Made by a program: the position numbers and the translations under genes | Notes under the pieces: model-generated | Database searches by the model: none | The model's input: only the letters and a program-made list of their open reading frames with translations | Told to the model about the DNA's origin: nothing | Shown: positions 1-11,534 of the stretch, piece by piece | How the letters are laid out: each line of letters starts with the position of its first letter | Position numbering within the stretch: position 1 is the first letter of the stretch | Assembly: GCA_964456355.1 (NCBI GenBank) | Contig: CAYWAF010000002.1 | Coordinates: 13,975-53,530 of the forward strand | Source of the DNA: an uncultured Eubacteriales bacterium | GTDB lineage: Bacteria; Actinomycetota; Coriobacteriia; Anaerosomatales; CAYWAF01 | DNA length: 39,556 nucleotides | Reading direction: 5' to 3'

Positions 1-999
1 CGCGTGATGCAGGTCATCACTCCTGTGAGACCCGGCGGAGCTCCGGAGATGGCGTACGATTCCGCTCTCAAGCGGATAGAGGGATATCTCAAGAAGATAG
101 ACGAGGGCCCCTCCGGTGCGAAGTTGGGCAACGTGGGCGTCACCGCTGAGGTGCCACTGAAGGCGCACACCACCAAGGAGGAGTATCTGGCGGTGGTCGA
201 GCGCGCCAAGGAGCACATCGATGCGGGCGATATCTTCCAGGTCGTTCCCAGCCAGCGGTTCTCAGCGCCATACGACGGAGACGGGCTCGACCTCTACCGC
301 GTGCTCCGCGCCGTCAACCCCAGCCCCTACATGTTCTACATCCGCACCCGCGACCTTACTCTTGTGGGCTCCAGTCCCGAGCCGCTCGTCCGCGTGGAAG
401 GCGACGAAGTCCTCACTCGTCCGCTCGCAGGCACGCGTCCCAGGGGCGCAGACATCGGCGAGGATGGCAGGCTGCGCGCCGAACTCCTTGCAGACGAGAA
501 GGAACGGGCCGAACACGTGATGCTCGTGGACCTCGGACGCAACGACCTGGGGCGGGTCTCGAAGTCTGGGACGGTCGAGGTAGACGAACTGATGGAGGTC
601 GAGTACTACAGCCATGTCATGCACATAGTGAGCAACGTCGTCGGCAAGTTGCGAGACGACAAGGACTCGCTGGACGCACTGCAGGCCACGTTCCCCGCCG
701 GTACGGTCAGCGGAGCCCCGAAGGTCCGCGCCATGGAGATCGTAGCCGACCTGGAGCCTGCTGCACGTGGTCCATACGCAGGGACGGTCGGCTATCTCGG
801 CCTCGACGGCGCGATGGACATGTGCATCACCATCCGGACGTTCGTCATCGCTGGCGATCGTGTCTATCTGCAGTCCGGTGGAGGGGTCGTAGCCGACTCC
901 GACCCTCTCAAGGAGTACGAGGAGACACTTCACAAGATAAGAGCGCTACACCGTGCGTTGGAGTTGGCGGCAGGCATGAGCGCAGGTAAGGAGGCGTGA
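1..999 (+). CDS. trpE: Anthranilate synthase component I, C-terminal ~332 aa (5' end outside window)
   Basis: The frame is open from the window edge to TGA 997-999. Chorismate-binding-enzyme motifs are present: GDIFQVVPSQRF, LAGTRPRG, EHVMLVDLGRND, GAPKVRAMEI, RGPYAGTVGY, QSGGGVVADSDP. trpGD starts 1 nt after the stop. Confidence 0.93.
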   Translation, partial: RVMQVITPVRPGGAPEMAYDSALKRIEGYLKKIDEGPSGAKLGNVGVTAEVPLKAHTTKEEYLAVVERAKEHIDAGDIFQVVPSQRFSAPYDGDGLDLYRVLRAVNPSPYMFYIRTRDLTLVGSSPEPLVRVEGDEVLTRPLAGTRPRGADIGEDGRLRAELLADEKERAEHVMLVDLGRNDLGRVSKSGTVEVDELMEVEYYSHVMHIVSNVVGKLRDDKDSLDALQATFPAGTVSGAPKVRAMEIVADLEPAARGPYAGTVGYLGLDGAMDMCITIRTFVIAGDRVYLQSGGGVVADSDPLKEYEETLHKIRALHRALELAAGMSAGKEA

Positions 1000-1000
1000 G

Positions 1001-2715
<1,715 letters not shown>

Positions 2716-2719
<4 letters not shown>

Positions 2720-3552
2720 GCGGTTTCCTGGAAGAGATGGTAGTGCGCAGGACCGAGCGCATGGGCCGGGAGTCCGGCGCCATGACCTCTGCCGATCTGG
2801 AACGCCTTGCTGCTTCCGGCAGGCCTCCTCGCGATCTCGTCGCTGCCGTTTCGACGGGCGATGACGTCGCCGTCATCGCGGAGGTCAAGAAGGCCTCACC
2901 CTCAGCAGGGCCGATAGCCCCGGAGTGTGACGCGGCCGAGCAGGCTCTGCGCTACCAGGACGGAGGGGCAGCTGCGATAAGCGTCCTGACCGAACCGGAG
3001 TCCTTCGGGGGGTCGTTCACCGACCTCGCCGATGTCGCGGCCAGCGTGGACCTGCCTGTGCTGTGCAAGGACTTCGTGGTCGACCCGTCGCAACTCTTCA
3101 TGGCCAGAGGTCGTGGGGCGGATGCGGTCTTGCTCATGGTGAGCGTGCTGGGCGAATCGCTCGCGGAATACATGGATTTGGCCGCCACCCTGAGGATGCA
3201 GCCGTTGGTCGAGGTCACGGATGTAGAAGAGTTGCGAGCGGCTTTGCGTGCAGGGGCCTCTCTCGTGGCGGTGAACAGTCGCGACCTGCGGACTTTGGAG
3301 GTGGACGCTGCGAGAGCGCGGGAGGTGGTGGCAGAGGCGGCATCCGTTTGCGAGGCCGTGGTCCTTGCGAGCGGGACGAAAGGTCGTCCGGAGGTGGAGG
3401 CGGCCGCAGAAGCAGGGGCCGATGCGGTCCTGGTGGGCGAAGCGCTCATGCGCGCCTCTTCCCCGAAGGCGTTGTTGAAGGAACTGACGGGCGTCGACTC
3501 ACACCGTGGGTCACACGCTCGTGAAGGTATGGATGCGGATCTGTTCGCATAG
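2716..3552 (+). CDS. trpC: Indole-3-glycerol-phosphate synthase
   Basis: The start overlaps the trpGD stop as GTGA. Motifs: [46 protein letters not shown]. Confidence 0.85.
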
Positions 3553-3572
3553 ACGAGAAGGAGGTAGTGAGC

Positions 3573-4919
3573 ATGTCAGAAAGGACCAGGTACATCTTGG
3601 ACGAGAGGGAGATGCCGACAGCGTGGTACAACATCAACCCGGACCTTCCGGAGCCGTTGGCCCCGCCCCTGGATGCTGAAGGCAACCCGATCGGTCCGGA
3701 GCAGCTCGGGGTGATATTCCCCATGGCGCTGATCGGCCAGGAGATGTCGATGGACCGTTACATCGACATCCCGGGTGCGGTGCTCGACGTCTACAAGACC
3801 TACCGTCCGAGCCCGTTGCATCGCGCTCTTGCACTCGAGAAGGTGCTGGAGTTGCCGCCGGGCGTCAAGATCTTCTACAAGTACGAAGGCGTCTCTCCTG
3901 CGGGCTCCCATAAGCCCAACACTGCGATCGCGCAGGCCTACTACAACAAGGAAGAGGGCATCAAGAAGATCTCCACGGAGACCGGTGCCGGTCAGTGGGG
4001 CTCGGCTCTTGCGATAGCCGGAGCGCTCTACGGCATAGACATCGAGGTCTTCATGGTGAAGGTCTCTTACGAGCAGAAGCCGTACCGCCGTGCACTCATG
4101 GAGACGTACGGTGCGAAGGTGCACTCATCACCCACGAATCTGACTGATGCCGGCAGACACGTGCTCGAACGCGATCCCGACTCCACGGGTTCGCTCGGCA
4201 TAGCGATCTCGGAGGCCGTCGAGGTGGCTGCCAAGAACGAGGACACCCACTACTCGCTCGGTTCGGTGCTCAACCATGTCTGTCTACACCAGACGATCAT
4301 CGGTCAAGAGGCGATAAAGCAGATGGAGATGGCCGAAGCCGAGCCGGACGTCGTCATCGGTTGCGTGGGCGGCGGCTCGAACTTCGCCGGGATGGCGTTC
4401 CCGTACTATCTGCGTCGCAAGGAAGGCAAGAGCAACACGCGCCTTCTGGCGGTGGAGCCGAAGGCCTGCCCGACGCTCACAGCCGGTGACTACCGCTACG
4501 ACCTCGGTGACGAGGCCGGCATGACGCCGCAGTTGATGATGTACACGCTCGGCCACGAGTTCGTCCCGGCGGGCATCCACGCCGGCGGTCTGCGCTATCA
4601 TGGGGACTCCCCGCAGCTGTCCATGCTGGTCAAGACCGGCAACATGGAGGCTGTGGCCGTCCACCAGATCGCGTGCTTCGAGGCGGCCGTGCAGTTCGCG
4701 CGCTCCGAGGGCATCCTGCCTGCTCCGGAGTCCAGCCATGCGATCCGTGCAGCCATCGATGAAGCCCTTGCCGCCAAAGAGGCTGGCGAGGACAAGACCA
4801 TCCTGTTCAACCTCTCCGGGCATGGACACTTCGACCTGACCGCATACGAGGCATACATCTCTGGCGACCTGGTCGACTACGACTACAGTGCCGGTACCGT
4901 CCTCAGCGAGGACGACTGA
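3573..4919 (+). CDS. trpB2: TrpB2-type tryptophan synthase beta-like PLP enzyme
   Basis: It has the long TrpB2-style N-terminal extension ([26 protein letters not shown]). The PLP-lysine region is [17 protein letters not shown], and [11 protein letters not shown] is present. ATG 3573 lies 8 nt after RBS GAAGGAGG (3557-3564). The track start GTG 3567 is only 2 nt from the RBS. Confidence 0.85.
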   Translation: MSERTRYILDEREMPTAWYNINPDLPEPLAPPLDAEGNPIGPEQLGVIFPMALIGQEMSMDRYIDIPGAVLDVYKTYRPSPLHRALALEKVLELPPGVKIFYKYEGVSPAGSHKPNTAIAQAYYNKEEGIKKISTETGAGQWGSALAIAGALYGIDIEVFMVKVSYEQKPYRRALMETYGAKVHSSPTNLTDAGRHVLERDPDSTGSLGIAISEAVEVAAKNEDTHYSLGSVLNHVCLHQTIIGQEAIKQMEMAEAEPDVVIGCVGGGSNFAGMAFPYYLRRKEGKSNTRLLAVEPKACPTLTAGDYRYDLGDEAGMTPQLMMYTLGHEFVPAGIHAGGLRYHGDSPQLSMLVKTGNMEAVAVHQIACFEAAVQFARSEGILPAPESSHAIRAAIDEALAAKEAGEDKTILFNLSGHGHFDLTAYEAYISGDLVDYDYSAGTVLSEDD

Positions 4920-4933
4920 GGGGGAGGCTTGCT

Positions 4934-4964
4934 GTAGGGTCCGCCCTTCCCGGGCGGACCCTAC
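4934..4964 (+). other. Perfect 13-bp GC-rich stem-loop between trpB2 and trpF
   Basis: The sequence is GTAGGGTCCGCCC-ttccc-GGGCGGACCCTAC. It starts 15 nt after the trpB2 stop and ends 13 nt before the trpF ATG. No U-tract follows. Confidence 0.6.
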
Positions 4965-4977
4965 GCGAGGTGACAGG

Positions 4978-5613
4978 ATGAGGACACGGGTCAAGATATG
5001 TGGCATCACCTCGGCAGAGGACGCCGCACTCGCCGTCCGCGCAGGAGCGGACGCGGTGGGAGTGGTGCTGGCGGAGTCTCCCAGGCAGATGAGCGTGGAC
5101 GAGGCAGCCGAAGTCCTTGCCGAGGTCCCGCCTCCGGTGGCGAAGGTGGGCGTCTTCGTCGACGCACCTCCGGAGTTCGTCGCTCGTGCGATCGAGAGGA
5201 TCGGGCTGACGGCCGTGCAGTTCCACGGCTCTGAGACCCCGGAGACATGCGTCCGGGTCTCAGTGCCTGTGATAAAGGCCATACGCGTCGTCGACGAACC
5301 CGACGACCTGGAGTTCGCTCGCTACTCGGAGACATGTGCCGCCATCCTGCTCGACACCTACGATCCTGTACTGGAGGGTGGCACAGGGAAGACGTTCGAC
5401 TGGCTGGGCTTCTCCGAGGTGCGTTGCGCCGTCCCGCTGATCGTGGCGGGTGGGCTGAACCCAGTGAACGTGCGGGAGGCCATCCGCATCATGCGTCCTT
5501 TCGGGGTCGACGTCTCTTCGGGCGTGGAAGAACGCCCCCGTCAGAAGGACCGCCTGAAGATGGAGGCGTTCATGGCCGCCGTCCGCGACGCTGATGGAGA
5601 GATGCGCATATGA
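4978..5613 (+). CDS. trpF: Phosphoribosylanthranilate isomerase
   Basis: The protein begins [16 protein letters not shown], a typical TrpF N-terminus. Other motifs: [29 protein letters not shown]. The track ORF start at 4888 would read through the hairpin and was rejected. Confidence 0.85.
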   Translation: MRTRVKICGITSAEDAALAVRAGADAVGVVLAESPRQMSVDEAAEVLAEVPPPVAKVGVFVDAPPEFVARAIERIGLTAVQFHGSETPETCVRVSVPVIKAIRVVDEPDDLEFARYSETCAAILLDTYDPVLEGGTGKTFDWLGFSEVRCAVPLIVAGGLNPVNVREAIRIMRPFGVDVSSGVEERPRQKDRLKMEAFMAAVRDADGEMRI

Positions 5614-6866
5614 GCGATGTCTCCGGTCATGACGCACCCGCCCCCGACACGCCCTCCACTGCTGCGCACGTTCCTGACGAGCAGGGCTTCTTCGGCGAGT
5701 ATGGTGGCATCTTCGTCCCGGAGACGGTCATACCCGCTCTGGAAGAGTTGGAGTCGGCGTTCTCCGAGTCATGGGCCGATCCCACGTTCCGCAACGGACT
5801 GTCCGACCTCTTGCGTGATTACGTGGGTCGTCCTACCCCGTTGTATCCGGCTCGCAGACTCGCTGAAGAAGTCGGTCTGGCAAAGGTCTATCTCAAGCGC
5901 GAGGACCTCACGCACACGGGTGCTCACAAGATAAACAACACGATCGGGCAGTGTCTGCTCGCTCAGCGTATGGGCAAGCGTCGCGTGATAGCCGAGACCG
6001 GCGCCGGACAGCACGGGGTCGCCACCGCCACGGCAGCCGCTCTGTTCGGCATGGAGTGCTCGGTCTTCATGGGGATCGAAGACATCCGCAGGCAGGCATT
6101 GAACGTGTACAGGATGCGCCTGCTGGGAGCGGAGGTGGTTCCCGTCGAGGAGGGAGCGGGCACCCTCGCGAACGCGGTCACCGCGGCACTCCGCCATTGG
6201 GTGGAGCGCGTGGAGGACACCTTCTACGTCCTCGGTTCCGCTGTGGGCCCCCATCCCTATCCACTCATGGTGCGTACCTTCCAGCAGGTCATCGGCGAGG
6301 AGATCATCGAGCAGCTCTCTGAGAGAGGAGAGGGCGCACCGACCGCAGTGATCGCATGCGTCGGTGGCGGCAGCAACTCGATAGGCACCTTCCATCCCTT
6401 CCTGCGTGACATCCCGGAGTGCAACAGACCGGTGCTCATAGGTGCTGAAGCTGCAGGTAAAGGCATCGACACGGGCGAGACCGGAGCTTCACTCACCTTG
6501 GGCGAGCCGGGCGTGATGCACGGCTCCTATTCGTATCTGCTCCAAGACGAGCGGGGCAATCCTCAGGAGGCCTACTCGATATCGGCGGGACTGGACTACC
6601 CTGGCGTGGGGCCGGAACATGCCCACCTGCACGACGAAGGCCTGGTACGCTACATGCCAGTCACCGACGACGAGGCACTCGAGGCCTTCGAGACGCTCTG
6701 CAGGACCGAAGGCATCATCCCCGCCATCGAGAGCGCACATGCCCTCGCGCTGCTTCCGCGCATCGCCGAAGAGTTCGGCCCCAAGGCCACGGTGGTGCTC
6801 ACGCTCTCCGGCCGTGGGGACAAGGACGTCGACATAGTGCGTGAGGCGGGCCTCGGAGATGGATGA
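5610..6866 (+). CDS. trpB: Tryptophan synthase beta chain (canonical TrpB1)
   Basis: The start overlaps the trpF stop as ATGA. Motifs: [27 protein letters not shown] (PLP Lys), [30 protein letters not shown]. Confidence 0.93.
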   Translation: MSDVSGHDAPAPDTPSTAAHVPDEQGFFGEYGGIFVPETVIPALEELESAFSESWADPTFRNGLSDLLRDYVGRPTPLYPARRLAEEVGLAKVYLKREDLTHTGAHKINNTIGQCLLAQRMGKRRVIAETGAGQHGVATATAAALFGMECSVFMGIEDIRRQALNVYRMRLLGAEVVPVEEGAGTLANAVTAALRHWVERVEDTFYVLGSAVGPHPYPLMVRTFQQVIGEEIIEQLSERGEGAPTAVIACVGGGSNSIGTFHPFLRDIPECNRPVLIGAEAAGKGIDTGETGASLTLGEPGVMHGSYSYLLQDERGNPQEAYSISAGLDYPGVGPEHAHLHDEGLVRYMPVTDDEALEAFETLCRTEGIIPAIESAHALALLPRIAEEFGPKATVVLTLSGRGDKDVDIVREAGLGDG

Positions 6867-7665
6867 GCGCACAGGACTCACGAGGGGTTTCCCGGTCGGC
6901 TCGGCGGCACTGGTCACGTATCTGATGGCCGGCTATCCGGACCGCGAGACGTCACTGGCCTCTCTGCGCGAGGCTGCCAGGGCGGGAGCGGACGTCATAG
7001 AGGTCGGGGTTCCGTACGGTGACGCTCTGGCCGACGGTCCCATCATCGCAGACGCTGCTCACGTCGCGATACATGCGTCCGGGGCGGGATTCGGGTTGGA
7101 GGAGACGGTCGCCCTGACTGCCGAGTTCCTAAGAGACCCCGGGACCGACGAGGTCCCACCGGTGGCTTTGATGACGTATCTCAACCCCATGCTGCGCTTG
7201 GGCCTGGAACAGGTCGCCGGAATGGCCCATGAGGCCGGTGTCGCGGGGTTCATAGTGCCGGACATGCCGCCGGACAATCCTATGGCCGGGCAGTGGCTCG
7301 CCGGGGCGGCCGAAGCGGGCCTGCAGACGGTCTTTCTCGTCGCGCCCACGTCCACCCCTGAAAGGCTCGCTCTCGCGGGCTCCATGACGTCCGGCTTCCT
7401 CTACTGTGTCCCCACCACTGGGACCACAGGCGAGCGGGACAGCGTCTCCGGAGACCTCGACGCCCTCGTATCCAGGGCCAGGAAGCACACCACAGCACCG
7501 GTGGCGGTCGGTTTCGGGATCGGCACGCCGCAACAGGCTTCCCAGGCGGCTCGCGTCGCTGACGGCGTCGTGGTCGGGAGTGCGATCGTCCGTCGTCAAC
7601 AGGACCCGATGGCCGTAGGGTCTTTCATCCGCGAGATGGCTGCTGCCGTGCATGGAGCACGCTGA
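6859..7665 (+). CDS. trpA: Tryptophan synthase alpha chain
   Basis: ATG 6859 overlaps the trpB stop (ATGGATGA); GTG 6841 is an alternative start. Motifs: [44 protein letters not shown]. Confidence 0.85.
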   Translation: MDERTGLTRGFPVGSAALVTYLMAGYPDRETSLASLREAARAGADVIEVGVPYGDALADGPIIADAAHVAIHASGAGFGLEETVALTAEFLRDPGTDEVPPVALMTYLNPMLRLGLEQVAGMAHEAGVAGFIVPDMPPDNPMAGQWLAGAAEAGLQTVFLVAPTSTPERLALAGSMTSGFLYCVPTTGTTGERDSVSGDLDALVSRARKHTTAPVAVGFGIGTPQQASQAARVADGVVVGSAIVRRQQDPMAVGSFIREMAAAVHGAR

Positions 7666-7744
7666 GCCGAAAGACCCGTTCGCATAAGCCCGGAGGGGTA
7701 TCATCCTCTTGTGTACCTGATACCTACGGAGCGGAGCGACACGG

Positions 7745-9352
7745 ATGCGAGTGGCCATCGCCCAGATCAACACCTCGGTGGGGGACATCAGCGGCAACGT
7801 GACCAAGATACTGGAGGCCGTCGCTCGAGCGACGGAGGAAGAGGCGGGCTTCACCATCTTCCCCGAACTCACGATAACGGGCTACCCTCCCGAGGACCTT
7901 CTCGCCAAGCCCCATTTCGTGGAGAGGAACCTCGATGCCTTGGAGGAGGTCGCAGCCGCCTGTGGCACCTCCACGTTCGTCGGGTTCGTGAACAGGGTGG
8001 ACGACGAGCTCTACAACGCGATCGCCATGTGTGGCAACCATCGCATCCTGCGCATCTATCACAAGCAGCGTCTTCCGAACTACGGCGTTTTCGACGAGAG
8101 GCGTCACTTCCAGCCCGGTGATCTCCCCAGCCTGATGGAACTCGGTGGAACGTTGTTCGCGATCTCGATCTGCGAGGACATCTGGGCTCCTGAGATAAGC
8201 AAGGACCTGGCGGAGCTGGGCGCACAGGTGGTGTTCAACTCATCCGCTTCGCCATTCCATGTGCGCAAAGGAGAGGAACGGGAGCGCATGCTCGCCGAGC
8301 GCGCATCGGAGAACGGCTTCTGGCTCGTCTACTGCAATCTCGTCGGAGGGCAGGACGAACTGGTCTTCGACGGTCGCTCTGCGATCTTCTCGCCTTCGGG
8401 CGACGTGGTGGCGCGAGCCGCGTCTTTCGAGGAGGACTTCCTCATAGCGGACTTCACGCCTCGCTCCAAGCTCGGTGCCGCCGAGCACATGGTGGAGCCG
8501 CCCGGACCCACGGAGTCGGTCTACAAGGCCCTGGTCTTGGGCCTCAAGGATTACGTGACCAAGAACGGGTTCACCGATGTGGTGATAGGGCTGTCGGGTG
8601 GCATAGACTCCTCCTTGACCGCGGTCCTCGCCGTAGATGCCCTGGGGGCCGAGCATGTGCACGGTGTGATGATGCCCTCCAGGTACTCCTCTGCCGGAAG
8701 CCTGTTGGACGCTGCCGCCCTGGCGTCCAATTTCGGCATCGAGACGATCGAACTCTCGATAGAGCCTGCCTTCGAAGCGTTCGAGGAGACGCTCTCCGGT
8801 GTGTTCGAAGGCAAGGAGCCCGACGTGACCGAGGAGAACCTACAGGCCAGGATCCGCGGGACCTTGCTGATGGCCCTCTCCAACAAGTTCGGCTGGCTGG
8901 TGCTCGCTACGGGGAACAAGTCCGAGTTGTCGGTGGGCTATTCGACGCTGTACGGAGACATGGTCGGAGGGTTCGCTCCGATAAAAGACCTGCTCAAAGG
9001 TCGTGTCTACGAACTCGCAAAGTGGCGCAACGACCAAGCGGGCAAAGACCTCATCCCCGAAGAGGTGATGAAGAAGGCTCCAAGCGCCGAACTCCGCCCC
9101 GACCAGAAGGACGAGGACTCCCTTCCGCCCTATCCCGTGCTCGATGCCATCCTGGCCCTCTACGTGGAACAGGACATGTCCGTGGACCGGATCGTCGAGC
9201 AAGGGCACGAGCGTGCTGTCGTGGAGCGTGTGGCGCGGATGGTGGACGCAGCCGAGTACAAGAGGCGTCAAGGGCCGTTGGGCATACGTGTCACCCCCAA
9301 GGCGTTCGGGAGAGACAGACGGATGCCCGTCACCAACGGCTTCCGCGAGTGA
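7745..9352 (+). CDS. nadE: Glutamine-dependent NAD+ synthetase (CN-hydrolase domain + NAD synthetase domain)
   Basis: The N-terminal nitrilase-like part has RVAIAQIN and ICEDIW. The C-terminal part has the PP-loop GLSGGIDSS and ATGNKSELSVGYSTLYGD. Length is 535 aa. Confidence 0.9.
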   Translation: MRVAIAQINTSVGDISGNVTKILEAVARATEEEAGFTIFPELTITGYPPEDLLAKPHFVERNLDALEEVAAACGTSTFVGFVNRVDDELYNAIAMCGNHRILRIYHKQRLPNYGVFDERRHFQPGDLPSLMELGGTLFAISICEDIWAPEISKDLAELGAQVVFNSSASPFHVRKGEERERMLAERASENGFWLVYCNLVGGQDELVFDGRSAIFSPSGDVVARAASFEEDFLIADFTPRSKLGAAEHMVEPPGPTESVYKALVLGLKDYVTKNGFTDVVIGLSGGIDSSLTAVLAVDALGAEHVHGVMMPSRYSSAGSLLDAAALASNFGIETIELSIEPAFEAFEETLSGVFEGKEPDVTEENLQARIRGTLLMALSNKFGWLVLATGNKSELSVGYSTLYGDMVGGFAPIKDLLKGRVYELAKWRNDQAGKDLIPEEVMKKAPSAELRPDQKDEDSLPPYPVLDAILALYVEQDMSVDRIVEQGHERAVVERVARMVDAAEYKRRQGPLGIRVTPKAFGRDRRMPVTNGFRE

Positions 9353-9419
9353 CCCGCGTCCGCACTTCGGCACTCATGGGTGGTCTCTCGTGGCCGAGAG
9401 CGTCCTGCAAGTCCACCCT

Positions 9420-9451
9420 CACGACGCGAGAAGACACATAGAAGCGTCGTG
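9420..9451 (+). terminator. Possible nadE terminator hairpin (8-bp stem, 16-nt loop)
   Basis: The stem is CACGACGC ... GCGTCGTG, followed by TTCT. The large loop and weak U-tract keep confidence low. Confidence 0.3.
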
Positions 9452-9602
9452 TTCTCGATAGGGCGGGTGCAGGGACCGGTCCAAGGGCGGGTAGATAATC
9501 GATGTGCTTTGTCCTAACCTGATGTGACGGGTCTTGCCAGTCAGGTCGATGACGGACTGAGCCGAAACAGACGCATCGCCGGTTATATGGAGGAGGAGTC
9601 AT

Positions 9603-10541
9603 ATGCCCAGCATCACACGTGATCAGGTCCGCGTGCCGGCAGACGTGCCCGCCGAGAGTCGCGACACCTACATAGACAACTATCTTGCGGCCACTCGCGG
9701 GACGGGACGTCTGATGCTCTTCGCATGCGACCAGAAGATCGAGCATCTCAACGACGATTTCTATGGCGAAGGGATAGCCGAGGAGGACTCCGATCCCGAG
9801 CACCTCTTCCGCATCGGGTCGCAAGGGGTCGTAGGAGTGCTGGCAGGCCAGCGCGGTCTCGTGGCACGCTACGCTCCCGACTATCCGGACATCAACTATC
9901 TCATCAAGATCAACTCGAAGACGAACCTGGTCAAGACGAGCCAGGAAGATCCCTACAGCCCTCAGCTCTACGACATCCAGACCGCACTCGATCTCATCGA
10001 CAACGGAGTGAACGTGGTCGCCGTCGGCTACACCATCTATCTCGGCTCCGAGTACGAGTCCGTGATGATGATGGAGGCCGGGCAGCTGATCGCTGACGCC
10101 CATGCCGCAGGGTTGGTCGTGGTCTTGTGGATGTACCCACGCGGGAAAGCCGTGGCCAACGAGAAGGACCCGCACCTGATCGCAGGTGCTGCAGGCGTCG
10201 CACTCTGCCTGGGAGCCGACTTCGTCAAGGTCAATCCTCCGAAGGCCACGGAAGACGCCTCTTCGGCCGAGCTCCTCAAGGAGGCTTCGATGGCGTCCGG
10301 GCGCACCGGACTCGTCTGTGCCGGTGGCTCGACGGTGGATGCCCCCACCTTCCTCACCCAACTGTGGGAGCAGATACACATAGGTGGTGCCCACGGCAAC
10401 GCCACGGGGCGCAACATCCATCAGCGCAGCCTGGACGAGGCCGTCCGGCTGACGAAAGCCATCTCGGCGATAACATTCGGCGACTACGATGCCGATCGTG
10501 CGCTGAAAGTGTTCGAGGGCGAGGAAGACTTCGCGGTATAG
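9603..10541 (+). CDS. Class I aldolase of the DhnA/FbaB (DeoC/LacD) family, probable fructose-bisphosphate aldolase
   Basis: RBS GGAGGAGG lies upstream of the ATG. The sequence is collinear with the E. coli FbaB pattern: LFACDQKIEH, IKINSKTNL, VGYTIYLGSE, VVVLWMYPRG, GADFVKV (Schiff-base Lys) and GRNIHQR. Confidence 0.75.
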   Translation: MPSITRDQVRVPADVPAESRDTYIDNYLAATRGTGRLMLFACDQKIEHLNDDFYGEGIAEEDSDPEHLFRIGSQGVVGVLAGQRGLVARYAPDYPDINYLIKINSKTNLVKTSQEDPYSPQLYDIQTALDLIDNGVNVVAVGYTIYLGSEYESVMMMEAGQLIADAHAAGLVVVLWMYPRGKAVANEKDPHLIAGAAGVALCLGADFVKVNPPKATEDASSAELLKEASMASGRTGLVCAGGSTVDAPTFLTQLWEQIHIGGAHGNATGRNIHQRSLDEAVRLTKAISAITFGDYDADRALKVFEGEEDFAV

Positions 10542-10580
10542 TCGTCATTCGGCCCCGGAGGCCGCGATAAGAGTCGAGGA

Positions 10581-10617
10581 ACGACACCGTCTGTGATGCG
10601 AGGACGGACGGTGTCGT
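10581..10617 (+). terminator. 11-bp perfect stem-loop downstream of the aldolase gene
   Basis: The stem is ACGACACCGTC (10581-10591) paired with GACGGTGTCGT (10607-10617), with a 15-nt loop. No U-tract follows. It sits between the aldolase stop (10541) and the accD start (10656). Confidence 0.35.
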
Positions 10618-10655
10618 CCTGTCAGGCCCATCGGGTCCGATGATTCGGGAGACAG

Positions 10656-11534
10656 ATGCCGATATCTGATTGGTTCAAAGCGCGAGAGGAACGCCGTTAC
10701 ACGGTGGCTGACGGAAGCGGCCGCAAGACAGACGTCCCGGAAGGCGTCTGGGAGAAGTGCCCCTCGTGCAAGCACATAGTCTACGAGGGGCAACTCGCCG
10801 ACAACTGGCGCTGCTGTCCTTATTGTGGCCACCATTTCCTGATGACCGCTTACGAACGCATCGGGATGTTCGTCGACCCCGATGCGTTCCAGGAGGTCGA
10901 TGCGGGCCTCTCTTCCACGGACCCACTCTGCTTCACGGCCGCGAAGCCATACACGGAGAGCATCGCTGCGGCCAAGCAACGCTCCGTCCTCGAGGAGGCA
11001 GTGGTCACCGGACGTGCCTCCGTAGGCGGCCATCCGGTCATGATCGGCGTGATGGACTTCCGCTTCATCGCTGCGACCATGGGCTCGGTCGTGGGGGAGA
11101 AGGTGACCCGCACCTTCGAGACCGCCATGGAGGAGAAGCGCGGCGTCCTGATGGTCACGGCCTCAGGCGGAGCGCGGATGCAGGAAGGGATGCTCTCCTT
11201 GATGCAGATGGCCAAGACGGCTGCGGCAGCCGAGCGCCTCGCTCGCGCACGTCTCCCGTACGTCTCGGTCTTCACGCATCCGACTACCGGTGGCGTGACG
11301 GCGTCGTTCGCCTCCTTGGCCGATGTCATCTTCGCCGAGCCCGGTGCACTGGTGGGCTTCGCGGGTCCCAGGGTCATAGAGCAGACGATCCGTCAGAAAC
11401 TTCCCAAGGACGCGCAGTCCTCGGAGACCTTGGTGGAACACGGGATGATCGACGCAGTGGTCCCCCGGTGGGAACTCCGCGACAGGGTCGCACAGACCTT
11501 CGGCCTCCTGATGGGGGAGGGTGAGGGCCGGTGA
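10656..11534 (+). CDS. accD: Acetyl-CoA carboxylase carboxyltransferase subunit beta
   Basis: The N-terminal zinc ribbon is CPSC..(n)..CPYCGHHF. Also present are the carboxyltransferase fold and GGARMQEG. Confidence 0.9.
   Translation: MPISDWFKAREERRYTVADGSGRKTDVPEGVWEKCPSCKHIVYEGQLADNWRCCPYCGHHFLMTAYERIGMFVDPDAFQEVDAGLSSTDPLCFTAAKPYTESIAAAKQRSVLEEAVVTGRASVGGHPVMIGVMDFRFIAATMGSVVGEKVTRTFETAMEEKRGVLMVTASGGARMQEGMLSLMQMAKTAAAAERLARARLPYVSVFTHPTTGGVTASFASLADVIFAEPGALVGFAGPRVIEQTIRQKLPKDAQSSETLVEHGMIDAVVPRWELRDRVAQTFGLLMGEGEGR

Noticed and set aside
262-933. 223-aa ORF antisense to trpE. Many similar antisense or off-frame ORFs occur inside the trp genes, for example 1688-2512 -, 2406-2888 -, 4284-5282 - and 5769-6395 -.
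   Set aside because: They lie entirely inside genes with strong family motifs on the other strand or frame. Their translations are Arg/Ala/Pro/Gly-rich and low in complexity, with no recognisable motifs. This is the usual stop-codon-poor artefact of ~63% GC DNA.
9330-10421. 363-aa ORF antisense to the class I aldolase gene
   Set aside because: It overlaps a well-supported aldolase CDS that has an RBS and Schiff-base Lys motif. The antisense product has no motifs, and its composition is typical of a shadow ORF.
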